A stretch of DNA of 64,000 nucleotides from Planctomycetota bacterium (GCA_963204725.1 CAUJHH010000067.1:15459-79458), one strand, 5' to 3'. Positions 49,858 to 59,070 are shown, counted from the first letter of the stretch. A program made the numbers and translations. Notes: generated by a model not told the origin, from the letters alone.

Positions 49858-51068
49858 TCGGCGATGGCTGGGATGGCGAGCCCTCGGTCCGGCCCGGCGA
49901 GTTCGCCGAGCCGCTTCCGCCACCGAGCGCGGGAACCAAGCGCATCCTCGTCGTCACCGGCTCTCGCGCTGACTTCGGCCTTCTCGTCCCCGTCATGCGC
50001 GAGATCGAGACCAAGCCCGGCCTGGAACTCCTCGTCGTCGCCGCCGGCTCCCACCTCGTCACGCCCGCCCTCACCTATCGCGATGTCAAGAAGCTCTTCC
50101 CCGTCGCCGACGCCGCCATCATGCAGAGGCCCGGGCGCACCTCGCGCCTCGACGACGCCGAGGCCACGGGCCAGGGCGTGCACCGGTTCGCACGCATCTA
50201 CCGGCGGCTGCAGCCCACGTGGGTTGTTGTGCTCGGTGATCGCATCGAGGCCTTCGCCGCAGCAGCAGCCGCGGCGATCGCCGGCATTCCCGTCGCCCAC
50301 ATCCACGGAGGCGACCGCGCCGAGGGCGTCGCCGACGAGTCCCTTCGTCACGCCACCACCAAACTCGCCCACATGCACCTGGCTGCGACGCCCGCCTCCG
50401 CGCAGCGCATCGTGCGAATGGGTGAACGCCCGGAGAGCGTGCACATCGTCGGCTCGCCTGCTGTCGATGGCCTTGAGCGTGTCGAGGCAATGAGCGACGA
50501 GCGAGCGCGCGAGTTCGGCGACCCGGACGCGCTGCTGCTCCTCCACCCCATCGGAAGGCCCGCCGAGCACGAAGAAGCGACTGCCTCCGGCGTGCTCGAA
50601 GCCCTCGAGGCAGCGGGCCGTCGCGTACTCGCCATGGACCCCAATCTCGATCCGGGACGCGACGGGATCATGCGCGCGCTCGAGAGCGCACCCGAGGCAA
50701 CCGTCGTGCATCGATCGGCCCACATGGAACGGCCACTCTTTCTCGCGTTGCTCCGGCGGCTGGCGCTGACGGACGGCTTGATTATTGGGAACTCGTCCGC
50801 CGCACTGATAGAGGCGGCAGCGCTGAGACTTCCCGCCGTGAACATCGGTGCGAGACAGGCGGGACGCGACCGTCCGTCCAACGTCGTGGATGCGCCGTCC
50901 GAGACGCCCCACGAGGTGCAGCAGGCGATCCAACTTGCGATGGCCATCGATCGCGAAGCGATCACGCATCCCTACGGGGATGGCAAGAGTGCCGTGCGAA
51001 TCGCGGACCTGCTCGCACAGACCCCGGACACGACCGATCGCCTGCTCAGGAAGCGGAACGCCTACTGA
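49854..51068 (+). CDS. UDP-N-acetylglucosamine 2-epimerase, hydrolysing type (NeuC-like)
   Basis: ILVVTGSRADFGLLVPVMREI, VLGDRIEAFAAAAAAAIAGIPVAHIHGGDRAEGVADESLRHATTKLAHMHLAAT and IGNSSAALIEAAAL. The start overlaps the nadD stop (ATGA). Confidence 0.85.
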   Translation: MIGDGWDGEPSVRPGEFAEPLPPPSAGTKRILVVTGSRADFGLLVPVMREIETKPGLELLVVAAGSHLVTPALTYRDVKKLFPVADAAIMQRPGRTSRLDDAEATGQGVHRFARIYRRLQPTWVVVLGDRIEAFAAAAAAAIAGIPVAHIHGGDRAEGVADESLRHATTKLAHMHLAATPASAQRIVRMGERPESVHIVGSPAVDGLERVEAMSDERAREFGDPDALLLLHPIGRPAEHEEATASGVLEALEAAGRRVLAMDPNLDPGRDGIMRALESAPEATVVHRSAHMERPLFLALLRRLALTDGLIIGNSSAALIEAAALRLPAVNIGARQAGRDRPSNVVDAPSETPHEVQQAIQLAMAIDREAITHPYGDGKSAVRIADLLAQTPDTTDRLLRKRNAY

Positions 51069-51176
51069 ATGCTCATGGAGTGCCGGTGCGTCGGTGGGTC
51101 GCCGGCCTTGGGTGCGTCGCTGCCCGCGAGACCAACAAGGCCTCGCTCTGCACCAACTGGATCGGTCACACAACAA

Positions 51177-51204
51177 AGAGAGCCCGGCGCGTGCCGGGCC
51201 CTCT
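51177..51204. terminator. Bidirectional terminator hairpin between convergent neuC-like and ppdK genes
   Basis: A 12-bp stem with one mismatch, AGAGAGCCCGGC (51177-51188) pairing with GCCGGGCCCTCT (51193-51204), loop GCGT. It is flanked by ACAACAAAG upstream and TTGATTG downstream. Confidence 0.6.
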
Positions 51205-51238
51205 TTGATTGATCAATCCGTGATCGCTTGGAATTCGC

Positions 51239-54010
51239 TTACTTGTTTCCCATGATCGCGGCCTGGGCCGCGGCCAGCCGCGCGATCGGCACGCGGAACG
51301 GTGAGCAGGAGACATAGTCCATGCCGACCTTGTGGCAGAAGTGGACCGACGACGGGTCGCCGCCGTGCTCGCCGCAGATGCCGACCTTCAGACCCTTGGA
51401 GGTCTGACGGCCCTTCTCGATGCCCATCTTCACGAGTTGTCCAACGCCGGATTGATCCAGCGACTGGAAAGGGTCCTTCTCCAGGATGTCGCGCTGGAGG
51501 TAGTCCGGCAGGAACGAGTTGATGTCGTCGCGACTGAATCCGTACGTCAGCTGCGTGAGATCGTTGGTGCCGAAGGAGAAGAAGTCGGCGTGCTGCGCGA
51601 TCTCGTCGGCGGTCAATGCCGCACGGGGGATCTCGATCATGGTGCCGATCTTGATGTCCAGGCGCGCCGAGAACTCCTCGTCGGCCTTGACCTTGGCGAT
51701 GGTCTTCTCGACCTCCTCGCGGAGAACCGCCAGCTCGCGCTTGGTGCCGACGAGCGGGATCATGATCTCCGGCAGGGCCTTGACGTTCTCGCGCACACAC
51801 TCGATGGCGGCCTCGACGATCGCCCGGACTTGCATCACGAGGATCTCGGGATAGGTGACGCAGAGGCGGCACCCGCGATGGCCAAGCATCGGATTCATCT
51901 CGTGGAGCTGAGCGACGCGCTGCTTCACCTTCTCAAACGGCACGCCGATCGCCTGGGCCATCTCCTTCTGGGCCTCGGGCTCGTGGGGCAGGAACTCGTG
52001 GAGCGGGGGATCGATCAGACGGATCGTGACGGGCAGGCCGTCCATCGCGCGGAAGATGCCTATGAAATCGTCGCGCTGATAGGGCAGGAGCTTGGCGAGA
52101 GCCCGCTCGCGGGTCTCGACCGCTTCGGCGAGGATCATCTCGCGCATGGCGCGGATGCGGTCGCCCTCGAAGAACATGTGCTCGGTACGGGTCAGGCCGA
52201 TACCCTCGGCGCCAAAGTCGCGTCCGCGCTTGGCATCGGCCGGCGTGTCCGCATTGGTGCGAACACCGAGCGTGCGATACTTGTCGGCCCACTTCATGAT
52301 CTTGGAGAAGTCGCCGGAGAGCGTCGGCTCCACGCGCGCGATCGCACCGACCATCACCTCGCCGGTCGAGCCGTCGATCGACAAGACGTCGTCGCGACCG
52401 TAGGACTTGCCACCGACGGTGAACTGGCCCTTGTCGGCCTCGATGTGGATCTCGCCCGCACCCGCGACACAGCACTTGCCCCACCCTCTCGCAACCACGG
52501 CGGCGTGGCTCGTCATGCCTCCCGTGCTGGTGAGGATGCCCGCTGCCGAGTGCATGCCCTCGACGTCCTCGGGGCTCGTCTCCTTGCGGACAAGAATGAC
52601 GCTCTCGCCGGCCTGCTTGCGCTTGACCGCTTCGTCGGCCGTGAACGCGGGCTTGCCGACGGCGGCGCCGGGCGATGCGGGCAGGCCCTTGGCCAGCACC
52701 TTGGCGATCGATTTCTTGGTCGGGTCGAACGAGGGGAGGAGGAGCTGCGTGAGATCTCCGGCGGGAATCCGCAGGATCGCCGTCTTTTCGTCGATCAGCT
52801 TCTCCTTGACCATGTCGCAGGCGATCTTGACCGCCGCGGCGCCGGTGCGCTTGCCGGTACGGGTCTGGAGCATGAAGAGCACGCCGCGCTCGATGGTGAA
52901 CTCAATGTCCTGCATCTCGCGATAGTGCTTCTCGAGCGTCTGCTTGATCTTCAGAAGCTGCTGGTGGACTTTCTTGTTCCAGGCAGGCATCTCGTCAACG
53001 GGCTTGGGTGTGCGGATACCGGCGACGACGTCCTCGCCCTGCGCGTTGATGAGGAACTCGCCGTAGAAAGTGTTGTCGCCGGTCGAGGGGTTGCGGGTGA
53101 ACGCAACGCCGGTGCCGGAATCGTCGCCCATGTTGCCATAGACCATCGACTGCACGTTGACAGCGGTGCCGTTCAGGCCCGCGATGCCGGCCAGACGCCG
53201 GTAGCTGATGGCGCGATCGGCGTTCCAGCTCTTGAAGACCGCCTCGATCGCGAGCTCGAGCTGCTTGAACGGATTCTGGGGGAACTCATCGCCGACGTAC
53301 TTGCGATAGACCTCCTTGTATGCGAGACAGAGCTCGCGCAGCCCGTCGGCGGAGACGTCGGTGTCGGAAGCCGCGCGGTGCTTGCGCTTGATCTCGTCGA
53401 AGGCGTGCTCGAAGTGCTCGTGGTCGACTCCCATGACCACGTCGCCGAACATGTTGATCAGCCGGCGATACGCGTCGTACGCGAATCGCGGGTTGTTGGT
53501 CGCTTTGGCCAGACCCTCGACGGCCGCGTCGGTCAGACCGAGATTCAGGATGGTGTCCATCATGCCCGGCATCGATACCGCGGCACCCGAACGCACGGAA
53601 ACGAGCAGCGGGTTGTCGACCGAGCCGAAGACCTTGCCGAGTTCCTTCTCGAGCAGGGCGATGTTCTTGTGCACCTCGTTCATCAGGCCGGTCGGCAGGC
53701 GCTTGCCGGCGTCGTAGTAGCGAGCGCACGTGTCGGTCGTGATCGTGAAGCCCGGAGGAACGGGCAGGCCGATTGATGTCATGTCCGCGAGATTCGCTCC
53801 CTTGCCACCCAGCAGCATCTTCAGCGACGGCCCACCTTCGGCGCGGGTCTTGCCGAAGTAGTACACCATCTTTCCGCCCTTGGGCGCGGGGCCACTCGCC
53901 GCGCCGCCGGACGCACCCTTGCGCGCGACCTTCTTGCCGACGGGCTTTGTCGTCCGCGCGTTCGCGGCGTGGGTCTTCTTGGAACCTGATTTGGTGACTC
54001 GCTTGGCCAT
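51239..54010 (-). CDS. ppdK: Pyruvate, phosphate dikinase
   Basis: LLGGKGANLADMTSIGLPVPPGFTITT, GGMTSHAAVVARGWGKCCV (catalytic His) and the PEP-utilising C-terminal domain (FFSFGTNDLTQ, ICGEHGGDP). ATG at 54010 (the track GTG is at 54016). The canonical N-terminus MVYYFGK begins at 53869. Confidence 0.95.
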   Translation of the reverse strand: MAKRVTKSGSKKTHAANARTTKPVGKKVARKGASGGAASGPAPKGGKMVYYFGKTRAEGGPSLKMLLGGKGANLADMTSIGLPVPPGFTITTDTCARYYDAGKRLPTGLMNEVHKNIALLEKELGKVFGSVDNPLLVSVRSGAAVSMPGMMDTILNLGLTDAAVEGLAKATNNPRFAYDAYRRLINMFGDVVMGVDHEHFEHAFDEIKRKHRAASDTDVSADGLRELCLAYKEVYRKYVGDEFPQNPFKQLELAIEAVFKSWNADRAISYRRLAGIAGLNGTAVNVQSMVYGNMGDDSGTGVAFTRNPSTGDNTFYGEFLINAQGEDVVAGIRTPKPVDEMPAWNKKVHQQLLKIKQTLEKHYREMQDIEFTIERGVLFMLQTRTGKRTGAAAVKIACDMVKEKLIDEKTAILRIPAGDLTQLLLPSFDPTKKSIAKVLAKGLPASPGAAVGKPAFTADEAVKRKQAGESVILVRKETSPEDVEGMHSAAGILTSTGGMTSHAAVVARGWGKCCVAGAGEIHIEADKGQFTVGGKSYGRDDVLSIDGSTGEVMVGAIARVEPTLSGDFSKIMKWADKYRTLGVRTNADTPADAKRGRDFGAEGIGLTRTEHMFFEGDRIRAMREMILAEAVETRERALAKLLPYQRDDFIGIFRAMDGLPVTIRLIDPPLHEFLPHEPEAQKEMAQAIGVPFEKVKQRVAQLHEMNPMLGHRGCRLCVTYPEILVMQVRAIVEAAIECVRENVKALPEIMIPLVGTKRELAVLREEVEKTIAKVKADEEFSARLDIKIGTMIEIPRAALTADEIAQHADFFSFGTNDLTQLTYGFSRDDINSFLPDYLQRDILEKDPFQSLDQSGVGQLVKMGIEKGRQTSKGLKVGICGEHGGDPSSVHFCHKVGMDYVSCSPFRVPIARLAAAQAAIMGNK

Positions 54011-54194
54011 ATGCACCTGCCTGGGGTGGGCTCACGCGCCGATGAGGGAGCGTGAAGGGGGCGAAATGACCCCGCGCGGCAACTTGACCGGGCGAGGGAC
54101 GCAGAGTTTAGAAACCCCTGCACCCGCTTTCGACTTTCGTCCCGAATCTCACGACTTTCACCCTTCCCCCGCCAGGGGATAAACTCGCTGACGC

Positions 54195-55577
54195 TTGGCT
54201 CTTCCCATCAAAACCATTGCTGCCGCAGGGCTGGAGGCTCTCGGGGACCTCACTCCCGAGCGCGCACTTCTTCAATGGAGCGATCCGGAACCGATGATCG
54301 CGCTTTATTCGGGGGATGGGGGTGGGGCGAGAGCGCGGTGGTCCCTGCTTGCGAAATCGACTCAAGTGCTTGTGATACATGGTGATGCGAGACGCGAAAT
54401 CTCTCGCTGCTTGCAACAATCCAATGGCGAACGCGAGCAATCGCTCGCCTCGCAACCGTCTCCATTCGGCACAGGATGGGCGATCGCCATTTCCTATGAA
54501 CTCGGCGCGATGATCGAAACCGGTTTGGTTCACCAACGAGTTGATGAGGGCGGACCGACCGCAATCCTGTCACGAGTGGACGGCGGCTGGGTTCACGATC
54601 GAATCTCGAAGACTTGGTCTCGATTCGGGAAGAGTTCGCTATCCCTTGAACGGAATGGGCCATGCGACCCTCAGGTCCACCGCTTCCTTGTCGGGACTCC
54701 TCGCAGCGCGATCGGGCGAGCGCGGTTCGTGGCCTCGGTCGAGCGAGCCAAGCAGTACATTCGCGACGGGGATATCTACCAGGTCAATCTCACCCACCCG
54801 CTTCGTGCGTCGTTCCAAGGCTCGCCTCGGGCGCTCTTTGTCGCGTTGGCCGCTGCTGCCCGTCCCTGGCACGGGGCATACCTGGAGGCACCTCGTTCGG
54901 CCACCTCCGACACGCTGGCGATCGCCTCGGTCAGCCCCGAGTTGTTCATTGAGTACGACCCCCGCTCCCGCGTCGTCCGAGCGAGGCCGATGAAGGGCAC
55001 CATCGCAGCGACGGGCGCCGCCGAGCGGGCGGACACCCTCGACCGCTCCGAGAAGGACCGCGCCGAACTCAACATGATCATCGATCTCATGAGGAATGAT
55101 CTGGGCCGCTCGTGCGTGCTCGGCTCCGTCCGTGTGGAAGAGGCCCGCACCATCGAGACGCACACGGACGCGAACGGGCACGGGCTTCTGCAGGCAACGG
55201 GAAGCGTGACTGGCGTGCTCCGCCCGGATCTTTCGCCTCTCGATCTGCTGTGGAGTGCGTTCCCGCCGGGGAGCGTGACCGGCGCACCCAAGATCCGCGC
55301 CATGCAGATCATCCGCGAGCTCGAGCCGGAGCCTCGCCATTTCTACTGTGGCGCGATCGGGTTCATTGGCGATGATGGACGCATGATGCTGAACGTCGCG
55401 ATCCGTACGGCGACGATCACCGCCGATCGCATCGAGTATCCCGTAGGCGCGGGGATTGTCGCGGATTCTGATCCGGAATCCGAATGGAACGAGACGATCG
55501 CCAAGGCGTGGCCAATCATCCGCGTCAGCGAACGCTCGGGCTCTCAGACCGAGGCACATCACAAGGATCCGACATGA
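54195..55577 (+). CDS. pabB: Aminodeoxychorismate synthase component I (chorismate-binding enzyme family)
   Basis: DIYQVNLTH, SPELFIEYD, RPMKGT, KDRAELNMIIDLMRNDLGR and GSVTGAPKIRAMQIIRELEPEPRHFYCGAIGFI. At ~450 aa it fits PabB better than TrpE. TTG start at 54195 (uncertain). Confidence 0.78.
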   Translation: MALPIKTIAAAGLEALGDLTPERALLQWSDPEPMIALYSGDGGGARARWSLLAKSTQVLVIHGDARREISRCLQQSNGEREQSLASQPSPFGTGWAIAISYELGAMIETGLVHQRVDEGGPTAILSRVDGGWVHDRISKTWSRFGKSSLSLERNGPCDPQVHRFLVGTPRSAIGRARFVASVERAKQYIRDGDIYQVNLTHPLRASFQGSPRALFVALAAAARPWHGAYLEAPRSATSDTLAIASVSPELFIEYDPRSRVVRARPMKGTIAATGAAERADTLDRSEKDRAELNMIIDLMRNDLGRSCVLGSVRVEEARTIETHTDANGHGLLQATGSVTGVLRPDLSPLDLLWSAFPPGSVTGAPKIRAMQIIRELEPEPRHFYCGAIGFIGDDGRMMLNVAIRTATITADRIEYPVGAGIVADSDPESEWNETIAKAWPIIRVSERSGSQTEAHHKDPT

Positions 55578-56161
55578 ACTCCGGCCCAAACTCCTCCTCG
55601 CCCGAACCCGCGGGGCCGCGCGTGCGCTCCGACATTGTGGATGTGTACATCTTTCGGCGCCGCCCCACCAAGGCACGTGTCGACCCCGCTGGCGAAGCCG
55701 TTGGTGGCGATGATGTTGTGGAACTGCTCCACCTCAGACGGGCTCCCACCGAAGAGCACGGCGGCCGCCTCGCCGGCACATGGCAATGCCTGATGGGTCA
55801 TGTCGAGGGCGGCGAGACCGCGATCGAGTGCGTCTGGCGCGAACTGAAGGAAGAGGTCGGGCTCGAGCAGGACTCGCCCGAGTTGCTCGGACTCTGGTCG
55901 CTGGAACAGGTCCACCCCTACTTCCTCGCGTCTTCGAACGCCATCATGCTCTCACCGCGCTTCGCGGCTGAGGTCGTCGGCGACTGGCACGCGACCCTCA
56001 ACGATGAACACGATGCGGTCCGATGGCTCCGCGCGTCGGACGCCGAGAAGTCGTTCATGTGGCCCGGCCAGCGCGCCGCGATCCGAGAGATCCGGCAGGA
56101 GATCCTCAGGCCGGGATCGCTCTCCGAGCCATTGCTGCGCCTGTGGCCGACCGAGGATTGA
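55574..56161 (+). CDS. NUDIX hydrolase (possibly NudB-like dihydroneopterin triphosphate pyrophosphatase)
   Basis: Nudix box GHVEGGETAIECVWRELKEEVGL. The ATG at 55574 overlaps the pabB stop (ATGA). The track ORF starts at 55484. Confidence 0.8.
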   Translation: MNSGPNSSSPEPAGPRVRSDIVDVYIFRRRPTKARVDPAGEAVGGDDVVELLHLRRAPTEEHGGRLAGTWQCLMGHVEGGETAIECVWRELKEEVGLEQDSPELLGLWSLEQVHPYFLASSNAIMLSPRFAAEVVGDWHATLNDEHDAVRWLRASDAEKSFMWPGQRAAIREIRQEILRPGSLSEPLLRLWPTED

Positions 56162-57278
56162 TCGCGCCCATCGCGATGCCTGCGCCCGTGGTCCACGGGA
56201 TAACGACCCGTCGATCGGGGTGCAGGTTCGAGATGCGGATGGCCGTGTCGATCATCGGGCCGGGCGACATGGTGCCAATCACCAGGGCGTCCGCGTCCCG
56301 CTCGTCGCTCGCGATGCTGATTCGGCACTCGAAGAGCGCCCGCTCGATCGCCCATGCGTTCTTTCCGGGGGCGACGATCGTGGCCGTGCGGAACGGTCGC
56401 TGCCAGATCGCGCGATGGATGGCCTCTCGAGCGTGCGCAAGCCCGGTGAACCGGTCATAGATGGCGCGTGGCATCTCGCGTCGGAACTGTGCCGCCCGCG
56501 TGTGCCGGAGTTCCACGAGTCCGCGTGCATAGCCGGCGATCGCGTGCTCTTTCTTCGCGATTGTGCGGTAGCGGTCTCGGAGGCGTCGCAGTTCCGCGCG
56601 TCGCTCGCTCTCTGGGCAGTATCGCTGCGTGACCCAGCCGTTGTTGCGGATGAGCCGCGCGAGGATCAGGTCCATGTCACGCCCCGCCGTCACCTTGTGG
56701 TGGTGAACGACAAAGGCCTGCCCGAACGCGATCTGGCCTCCCATGAGCATGAGCCTGGCCGCGAGATCGTACTCCTCGACGTAATAGCCGAAGGCCGGGT
56801 CGTACCCGCCCGAGGCGAGAAACGCATCGCGCCGAATCGCCACGCCGCAGCCGATGAAGGCCTCGGGGAGTCCGCCGTCCTCGCGTCGCCGCTGCGTCGG
56901 AAGATGGATATCGGCGCTGACCGCGAGGACATCGCCGGGCACGCCCGCCAGCGCGCGTATGAACTCGATCGAGTCCGGACATGAGTCGTCGTCCAGCATC
57001 ACGATCCAGTGCGTGCCCGGATCCGTCGCGTGAACGCCGATGTTCCGCGCTGCGGCGCCGAGGTTCTCGTCCAGCACGATCGATCGCACGTCGATCCCGT
57101 TCGCGAGCGCTCGTGGCAGATCGGGGCGCACGTCGCTCGCGTTGTCAACGACGACCACCTCCGCATCGTGACGCGCCAAGGCACCGAGCGCCTCCAGCGT
57201 CCTCGCCAACGCGCCTGGCCTGTTCCGCGTTGGCAGAACGTATGCGAGCGACGGAGTGACGATACGGCGCAGTGACAC
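56106..57278 (-). CDS. Family 2 glycosyltransferase with ~150-aa C-terminal extension
   Basis: LAYVLPTRNRPGALARTLEAL, VVVVDNASD, NLGAAARNIG and IVMLDDDSCP (DxD). GTG start. Confidence 0.85.
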   Translation of the reverse strand: MSLRRIVTPSLAYVLPTRNRPGALARTLEALGALARHDAEVVVVDNASDVRPDLPRALANGIDVRSIVLDENLGAAARNIGVHATDPGTHWIVMLDDDSCPDSIEFIRALAGVPGDVLAVSADIHLPTQRRREDGGLPEAFIGCGVAIRRDAFLASGGYDPAFGYYVEEYDLAARLMLMGGQIAFGQAFVVHHHKVTAGRDMDLILARLIRNNGWVTQRYCPESERRAELRRLRDRYRTIAKKEHAIAGYARGLVELRHTRAAQFRREMPRAIYDRFTGLAHAREAIHRAIWQRPFRTATIVAPGKNAWAIERALFECRISIASDERDADALVIGTMSPGPMIDTAIRISNLHPDRRVVIPWTTGAGIAMGAINPRSATGAAMARRAIPA

Positions 57279-57329
57279 GGCAAGAACCCTCGTTGATCGC
57301 CTACCTATCCGTCTCTCAATCGCTGCACT

Positions 57330-58967
57330 TCACGAAGCGCGCAGCGTGGCACGCCCCGGGGCGTGGATGATTTCCGGCGCGGCGTATGTGAGGTGCGCGT
57401 TGTGAGCCCGCACGACCGTCTGCCTCACATCTGTCGCTCCGATCGGCACGTTGCCGATTCGCTGCGCTTCGCATGATGCCGCGCACGCGCCGAGAAACGC
57501 CGAGGCAAGCAGCGAACCGCCGCTCGCCAGCGCGAGCGTCGCCGTGGTCAGCAACGCGTCACCACACCCGAGCGGATCGATGGCGTGGGGCGACAGCGCG
57601 GGAACATGCTCGGCCTTCAGGCGGCTGGTCCATGCGTCGCCGGCGTCGCCCGCGTTCTCGAGTCGGTTGAACGCGATCATGCCCTCGGGACCCATGGTCA
57701 CGATCGCCGCCCGAGATGCCGTCTCTTCGAGCAATCGCCATGTCACCATCGGCAGCCCCTCGGCGTGGAGGCGGAACGCCTCGCGCACCTCCGACTCGCT
57801 CGGACAGAGCAAGTCCATCGACCGCATCGCCGACAAGGAGCTGCGACGCCCGCTGACGTCGCCCGCGAGTGTCCCAACATGGGGCCTGAGTCCGCGGCAG
57901 AGTCTGTTGAGCGTTGCCGGCGTGAGGAATCCGAGCCCGAAGTCTGCGATGATCGCTGCATCGCAGCCACCACCCGAGCGTGCGGCATCGGTCGCCATGC
58001 GCATGATCTGGTCGTGCTCCGACTCATCGAGCACGTACTGCTCAACAAGGTCGATCTTCATGACCTTTTGTGCGCCGACGAGGAACCTCTGTTTTTCGGG
58101 CAGACCTGCGCGGCACTCGATCGCACGAACCTCCACGCCCTCGGCCACCAGTCTCATCCGGAGCGCCCGCGACTGCTCCGAGTCGTCGAGCGCGGTGACA
58201 AGAATCGGTCTGGCCCCGAGCGCGGCAGCATGGCGCGCGATGATCGCCGCGCCGCCGTCATAGTGGCGATTCTCCAGAGGCCGCAGCGTCATCACCGGGC
58301 TCTCGCCTGCGATGTCGGGCCGATCGCAGAGCACATAGGTGTCGAGGATCGTCTCTCCCACGACCACCAAGCGCCGCCCTCGCATCAGCCCGAGCAGCGA
58401 GAACAGTTCCGCTCCCTGCAACTCCGATGATTCCATCAGCTGCGTGAGCCGGTGGTGGAAGGGATCGACCGATTGCTCCATGGCATTGATCAACGCGGTC
58501 GAAGAAAAGACCACGTCGCCGGATGAGAAGACCACGCGCCCGCCGTGACGCTCGACCGCTTCCCGTTCCTTGCGGAAGCGGGGATCGCTGTTGTGCTCGT
58601 ACTCACGACCCTTGATGTAGACGTCCGGACGGATCTCGTCGAGCAGTTCTTGCGCGGTGGGCCGGGTCTCGATGTGGACCCAGTCGACAAAGTCCAATGC
58701 GGCAAGATTCTCCGCACGCAGTTCCTCAGGAATCAGGGGGCGTCCGACGCCCTTGTTGACACCCGAATCGCCCGTGATCGAGACCAGCAGGATGTCTCCC
58801 ATTCCCTTTGCCTGGCGCAGGTGGCGTACGTGACCGGGATGGACGATGTCGAAGCAGCCGTGGCAGTGCACCAACCGCCTTCCCGCGGCACGGGCCAACT
58901 CTCGCCGCTCAAGAAGGGCGGCTCTCGTGAGTATTTTCGCGCCGGGATCGTTGGGTGTCGGGGACAT
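57330..58967 (-). CDS. Bifunctional sugar-phosphate nucleotidyltransferase / pfkB-family kinase (HldE/RfaE-like, inverted domain order)
   Basis: The N-terminal domain is RLVHCHGCFDIVHPGHVRHLRQAKGMGDILLVSITGD (cytidylyltransferase HxGH). The C-terminal domain is VVVGETILDTYV ... DPLGCGDALLTTATLALASG (pfkB signature). I trimmed the track ORF (59036) to the ATG at 58967. Confidence 0.85.
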   Translation of the reverse strand: MSPTPNDPGAKILTRAALLERRELARAAGRRLVHCHGCFDIVHPGHVRHLRQAKGMGDILLVSITGDSGVNKGVGRPLIPEELRAENLAALDFVDWVHIETRPTAQELLDEIRPDVYIKGREYEHNSDPRFRKEREAVERHGGRVVFSSGDVVFSSTALINAMEQSVDPFHHRLTQLMESSELQGAELFSLLGLMRGRRLVVVGETILDTYVLCDRPDIAGESPVMTLRPLENRHYDGGAAIIARHAAALGARPILVTALDDSEQSRALRMRLVAEGVEVRAIECRAGLPEKQRFLVGAQKVMKIDLVEQYVLDESEHDQIMRMATDAARSGGGCDAAIIADFGLGFLTPATLNRLCRGLRPHVGTLAGDVSGRRSSLSAMRSMDLLCPSESEVREAFRLHAEGLPMVTWRLLEETASRAAIVTMGPEGMIAFNRLENAGDAGDAWTSRLKAEHVPALSPHAIDPLGCGDALLTTATLALASGGSLLASAFLGACAASCEAQRIGNVPIGATDVRQTVVRAHNAHLTYAAPEIIHAPGRATLRAS

Positions 58968-59070
58968 GGACGGTGTTATCGGCCGGGCCACCCCAACTTG
59001 TGAACCCCCGACATAGGCATCTCCGGCCCGGTCCAACCGCCGTTCGCCAGCCGCTAGACTCTGGACCTCT

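Noticed and set aside
56106-56161. Convergent 3' overlaps, considered as signs of mis-called genes or frameshifts: NUDIX/GT2 56 nt, paralog 4/MFS 29 nt at 38033-38061, RND1/htrA 11 nt at 14010-14020 and lipoprotein/kinase 11 nt at 30842-30852.
   Set aside because: Stops are fixed by the reading frames, and both partners carry intact family motifs up to their ends. Short convergent overlaps are common in compact high-GC genomes.
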